DNA from: Anolis carolinensis
Taxonomy: Eukaryota
Assembly: GCF_035594765.1 (NCBI RefSeq)
Contig: NC_085846.1
Span: 10,961,190-11,025,189, forward strand
Direction of reading: 5' to 3'
DNA: 64,000 bases
Shown here: positions 60,180 to 64,000 of the stretch, one piece after another
How the letters are laid out: each line of letters opens with the position of its first letter
Position numbering within the stretch: the first letter of the stretch is position 1
Notes under the pieces: generated by a model
Told to the model about the DNA's origin: nothing
Databases searched by the model: none
The model's input: only the letters and a program-made list of their open reading frames with translations
Made by a program: the position numbers and the translations under genes

Positions 60180-61809
60180 AGTGAATAGGTTGGTCATTCA
60201 ACTAGATGCCTGTCTTGACACCTACATGTAATCTCTCCTGACAAATGAAATCAGTCAGCTTGACCTCTTGTGTATGAGAAAAACTAGGGGGGGTTTTTTG
60301 GCATGTTTACCCCTGCGGTGGCAGGAATAAGCTCTTCTTTAAGTTTAAAATGAGGGTTGCAGAATCAAAAGAATTTTTTTCTGCCTAAGGTCAAAACACC
60401 CTGCAAGCTACAGATCCTGTCTGTACTTGAAAGTTAATAGGACATCCTATGGAATTCATGAGGTCACTGTAAGTCAACAGAAGACTTGAAGTCACAGTCT
60501 CTGTCTCTGTCTGTCTGTCTCTCTCTCACATACATTACAAAAACACATACTAACCTAAATAGGGCCAGGCATGGTGGGTATTGGGAAGGGAGAACCAAAG
60601 AAATCTAGGTGCAGTAGGTTGTATTCAAAGGAAGTCAGTGGCAAAACCTCCTCTGAGTATTCTTTGCTTAAGGAAACCCAGTGAAACTCATGGAAGTGCC
60701 ACAGGCAACTTGAAGGCGCATGGACACAGAAACAAATTCTGAACTTGGCCTCTTTCTTTACAATATTTGGATCTTCTGGTTCCCATACTGACCTTACATT
60801 TTCTCTTGTATATTTCAGTTGTGCAGGAAAAGGGGTCAGATGGCCGGCCCAAACTCTGGTGCCACAGCCTCACCCTGCAGCCAACTTAACTGTGATGGTT
60901 GGAAGAGAGAAACAGAGACATAGAAACAAAGAGAGTCTGAAGAGGCAGGAAAGGAAGTGAAGAAAGGGACGGGGAACTTCCTCGGAGTGCTGCCAAAGAG
61001 ATGGGGGCTCTGACTGGCTGGGTCCCGGGACCCACCTCTCCTTACCCACCATTCGCCCTTCCCACCTGCCTTTTCCTTGCCTCCCTCTCTCTTATTCTTC
61101 CTTCAAGGCTTCTCTTTCTCTCCACCTTCATCTTGCTGCCCCACATTCTTTCTTAAGCTTCTTTACTGCAGTATTATCTCTTTCCCAAATTCCTCTTCTC
61201 TTTTCCACTCATCTTCTACTTTTTGCTCCTACTCCCCCTTCCCCTGCAACTACACAGACACACACTCCTCATGCAAACACATACTAACTAACCACTCCGC
61301 TCCCGGATTCGAACCTGCGACCTTTTGGTCTGCAAGTTCAGCAGGTCAAAAGGGTGTTTTTAGAAGGTTTGTAGGTTGCCTACTTCCATAGGGGTCAGAT
61401 CTTGATAGGACTTTGATATGGATAGAAATAGGAAGGCCTGGGGAAAAAAACAGAAATAGTCCCCCCCCCCCCAAAAAAAAAATCATTAAAAAAAAAGGTG
61501 TATAGAAACAAAAGTCCCAGATAGCTTTCATTAAGGTCTTTATATTATATAGTTTGAATACCATTGTGGTCGAATCAGCCCGGCCATCTGCATTCAGTCT
61601 AATTTGACCTGCAGCAGAGAGTTCCACCGATTGGAAGGAACCATGCTGGGACCAATCTGGCCATGTGTGTGTGTTCCAGCAGCAGCTTAAGATGTATCTT
61701 TTGCCTCTTCCCTATCCCCTTCTCACCCTTAACTATGCAACTAATCCCTTTTCATTCCAACTTCTTCCCAAGTGGTTATTTTGTATCCTTTCCTTGACTA
61801 TAGCACGAA

Positions 61810-62220
61810 TTTCCCTCCGATCTTAGGAGCTCTGCCGCTTTCTCCCTCGCTCCGAGCAAACCGCAGGATAGAGGTTTTTCCCTTCCGATTCGCAGACTAA
61901 CCCCCCCCCCCGCCTCTATTTCCAGTCATATCTTTCTCATTTCGACCCCAAGCATGACCATCTTCCTAACCAATAACTCCAAAGACCTCCCTGTCACGAG
62001 GAGACCACCCGTTCTCAAATTAATAAAGTTTTAAGGAGCAAATCAGCTGATTATCAAAACTGTCAAAAATGAGTTTCCCGCGCCGCGGCATAGGTTTCCC
62101 TGCAAAATCGGATCATCGGAGGTTCGGACTGCGTGTTGGGCGCGGAGGGAGTCACCCAGGGCTTCCTGCTTGCCATCCATGAACTGCCCTTGCAATTGGA
62201 GTGACCCCCCTCGACCTTTG
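61810..62220. promoter_or_regulatory. CpG-enriched segment, candidate promoter
   Basis: Local CpG cluster with an E2F-type TTTCCCGC at 62074-62081; could equally be a repeat fragment. Confidence 0.3.
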
Positions 62221-62412
62221 GCCCAGAATGGCCATTTCACCTGGATTGCCACAGACTCCTTCCCCTTTTCTGAACTCCTATTACTTTATGAACCCCCTGC
62301 ATTAAATCTTGGGCTCTGGGATTGGTGATACAATATGGGTTATGTTCCCACATGTGTCCTATGTACCCTGCATGTTCCCTCCTTCCTTTATTACCATGAG
62401 ATATATATTATA

Positions 62413-64000
62413 CTAGCTGTGCCCGGCCACGCGTTGCTGTGGCTTAGTCTGGTGGTGTTGGTCAGTCCACATTAGGTTCTATTTATGCTGTGACCTCCAC
62501 CTTCTTTATATTCACATTAGTAGTAGTATTTGAAGTCTGTTACCTTCTTCAATTTTTGTGTTGATTGATAATTGCTTGAGATCCCTGTTGTCTTTGGTTT
62601 GTTGTTAGTTGTAATGTCTGATTCTGCTGAGTGCGGTTTATATTTTTATTGTGGTACAATAGTCTTTTTTTTGTTTTGCCTGTGTAGGTGTTTATTATTA
62701 TTGTTGTTGTAGTGGTCATGAAGGTTGGATAAGTTAGATGCTACTGTATTGTTTTTTGGAGGCCCAGTGTAGCAGTGACTGGCTGTTTCTTGCCTGTGAT
62801 GGTGTTGATTCTTGTTGTTGTTGTTGTCATTGTTATTATTGTAATTGTTTTTTTGGAGGCCAAGTGTGAATGTAGGGATTGGGGAGGTGGAAGAGTTGTG
62901 CTGTGAAATTTTGTATTTGTTATAGTCACAATGCGTTGTTGTGAGTTTTGTGGGTCCGGATTGTGGTTTTGTGGTGTGGTTGTGTTGTTACAACTGGGAG
63001 GGAAGGCTTTTGCGTTGTGTTGTCAAATTTTGTATTTCTGGGGCGTTTAGTTGTGTTATAGTCATGATGCGTTGTTGTGAGTTTTGTGGGTCCAGTGTGG
63101 TTTTGTGGTGTGGTTGTGTTGTTACAACTGGGAGGAAAGGCTTTTGCATTGTGTTGTCAAATTTTGTATTTCTGGGGCGTTTAGTTGTGTTATAGTCATG
63201 ATGCGTTGTTGTGAGTTTTGTGGGTCCGGATTGTGGTTTTGTGGTGTAGTTGTGTTGTTACAACCGGAAGAAAAGGCTTTTGTGTTGTGTTGTCAAGTTT
63301 TATATTTCTGGGGCGTTTAGTTGTGTGCCAAGTTTTGTATTTCTGGGGCGTTTAGTTGTGTTGTTATAGTCACAATGCATTGTTGTGAGTTTTGTGCGTC
63401 CGGATTGTGGTTTTGTGGTGTGGTTGTGTTGTTACAACTGGGAGGCAAGGCTTTTGCGTTGTGTTGTCAAGTTTTATATTTCTGGGGCGTTTAGTTGTGT
63501 GCCAAGTTTCGTATTTCTGGGGCGTTTAGTTGTGTTGTTATAGTCACGATGCATTATTGTGAGTTTTGTGGGTCCGGATTTTGGTTTTGTGGTGTGGTTG
63601 TGTTGTTACAACCGGGAGGCAAGGCTTTTGCGTTGTGTTGTCAAGTTTTATATTTCTGGGGCGTTTAGTTGTGTGCCAAGTTTTGTATTTCTGGGGCGTT
63701 TAGTTGTGTTGTTATAGTCACGATGCATTGTTGTGAGTTTTATGGGTCCGGATTGTGGTTTTGTGGTGTGGTTATGTTGTTACAACCTGGGGGGAAGGCT
63801 TTTGCGTTGTGTTGCCAAGTTTCGTATTTCTGGGGCGTTTAGTTGTGTTGTTATAGTCACGATGCGTTGTTGTGAGTTTTGTGGGTCCTGTGTGGTTTTG
63901 TGGTGTGGTTGTGTTGTTACAACTGGGAGGCAAGGCTTTTGCATTGTGTTGCCAAGTTTTGTATTTCTGGGGCGTTTAGTGGTTTTGTTATCGCATGATG
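62413..64000 (-). mobile_element. Helitron 3' end, extends beyond the window
   Basis: CTAGCTGTGCCCGGCCACGCGTTGCTGTGGC is the reverse complement (one mismatch) of the 3' end of the Helitron at 35966-37970. Confidence 0.85.
62918..64000. repeat. GT-rich minisatellite inside the Helitron, units of ~135 and 174 bp
   Basis: TATAGTCA anchors at 62921, 63057, 63191, 63365, 63539, 63713 and 63852. Confidence 0.92.

Noticed and set aside
62138-62165. GGGCGCGGAGGGAGTCACCCAG, vaguely like the RPPH1 5' end (RPPH1 is near TTC5 in human)
   Set aside because: The conserved GGAAGGTCTGAG and AATTCAGAC RNase P motifs are absent
62918-64000. CRISPR-like appearance of the periodic array
   Set aside because: Eukaryotic minisatellite with no unique spacers

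Overview
Vertebrate (squamate, most likely Anolis lizard, inferred from Sauria SINE, Anolis SINE2, CR1, BovB and Helitron repeats) genomic DNA. Left two thirds: a cluster of six OR11-like olfactory receptor genes. Four are on the minus strand (one with a premature stop, one with a 1-bp frameshift) and two on the plus strand (one with no in-frame ATG in its coding exon). Three of the minus-strand genes have recognisably paralogous non-coding first exons and promoters. Right third: a complete 10-exon TTC5 gene on the minus strand (440 aa, one GC-AG intron), tail-to-tail with the last OR, the same arrangement as the human OR11H/TTC5 neighbourhood. Unexpected gene fragments: a 5'-truncated FAM83D (CHICA) last-exon copy inside the OR cluster, and an orphan cytochrome P450 family 2 exon 1 about 2.8 kb upstream of TTC5 on the same strand, facing a splice acceptor just before the TTC5 start. 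The window is dense in mobile elements: L2, CR1, BovB, R4/Dong, Penelope-like elements with minimal hammerhead ribozyme motifs, composite Helitrons, hAT, Tc1/mariner and Harbinger MITEs, SINEs and probable solo LTRs. I found no clear-cut new multi-gene system. The best leads are the CYP2-exon/TTC5 junction, a sense hammerhead motif behind an OR gene, the FAM83D copy and a cargo-carrying hAT MITE. All family assignments come from recall of the sequences, not from database searches, and repeat boundaries are approximate unless a TSD is quoted.
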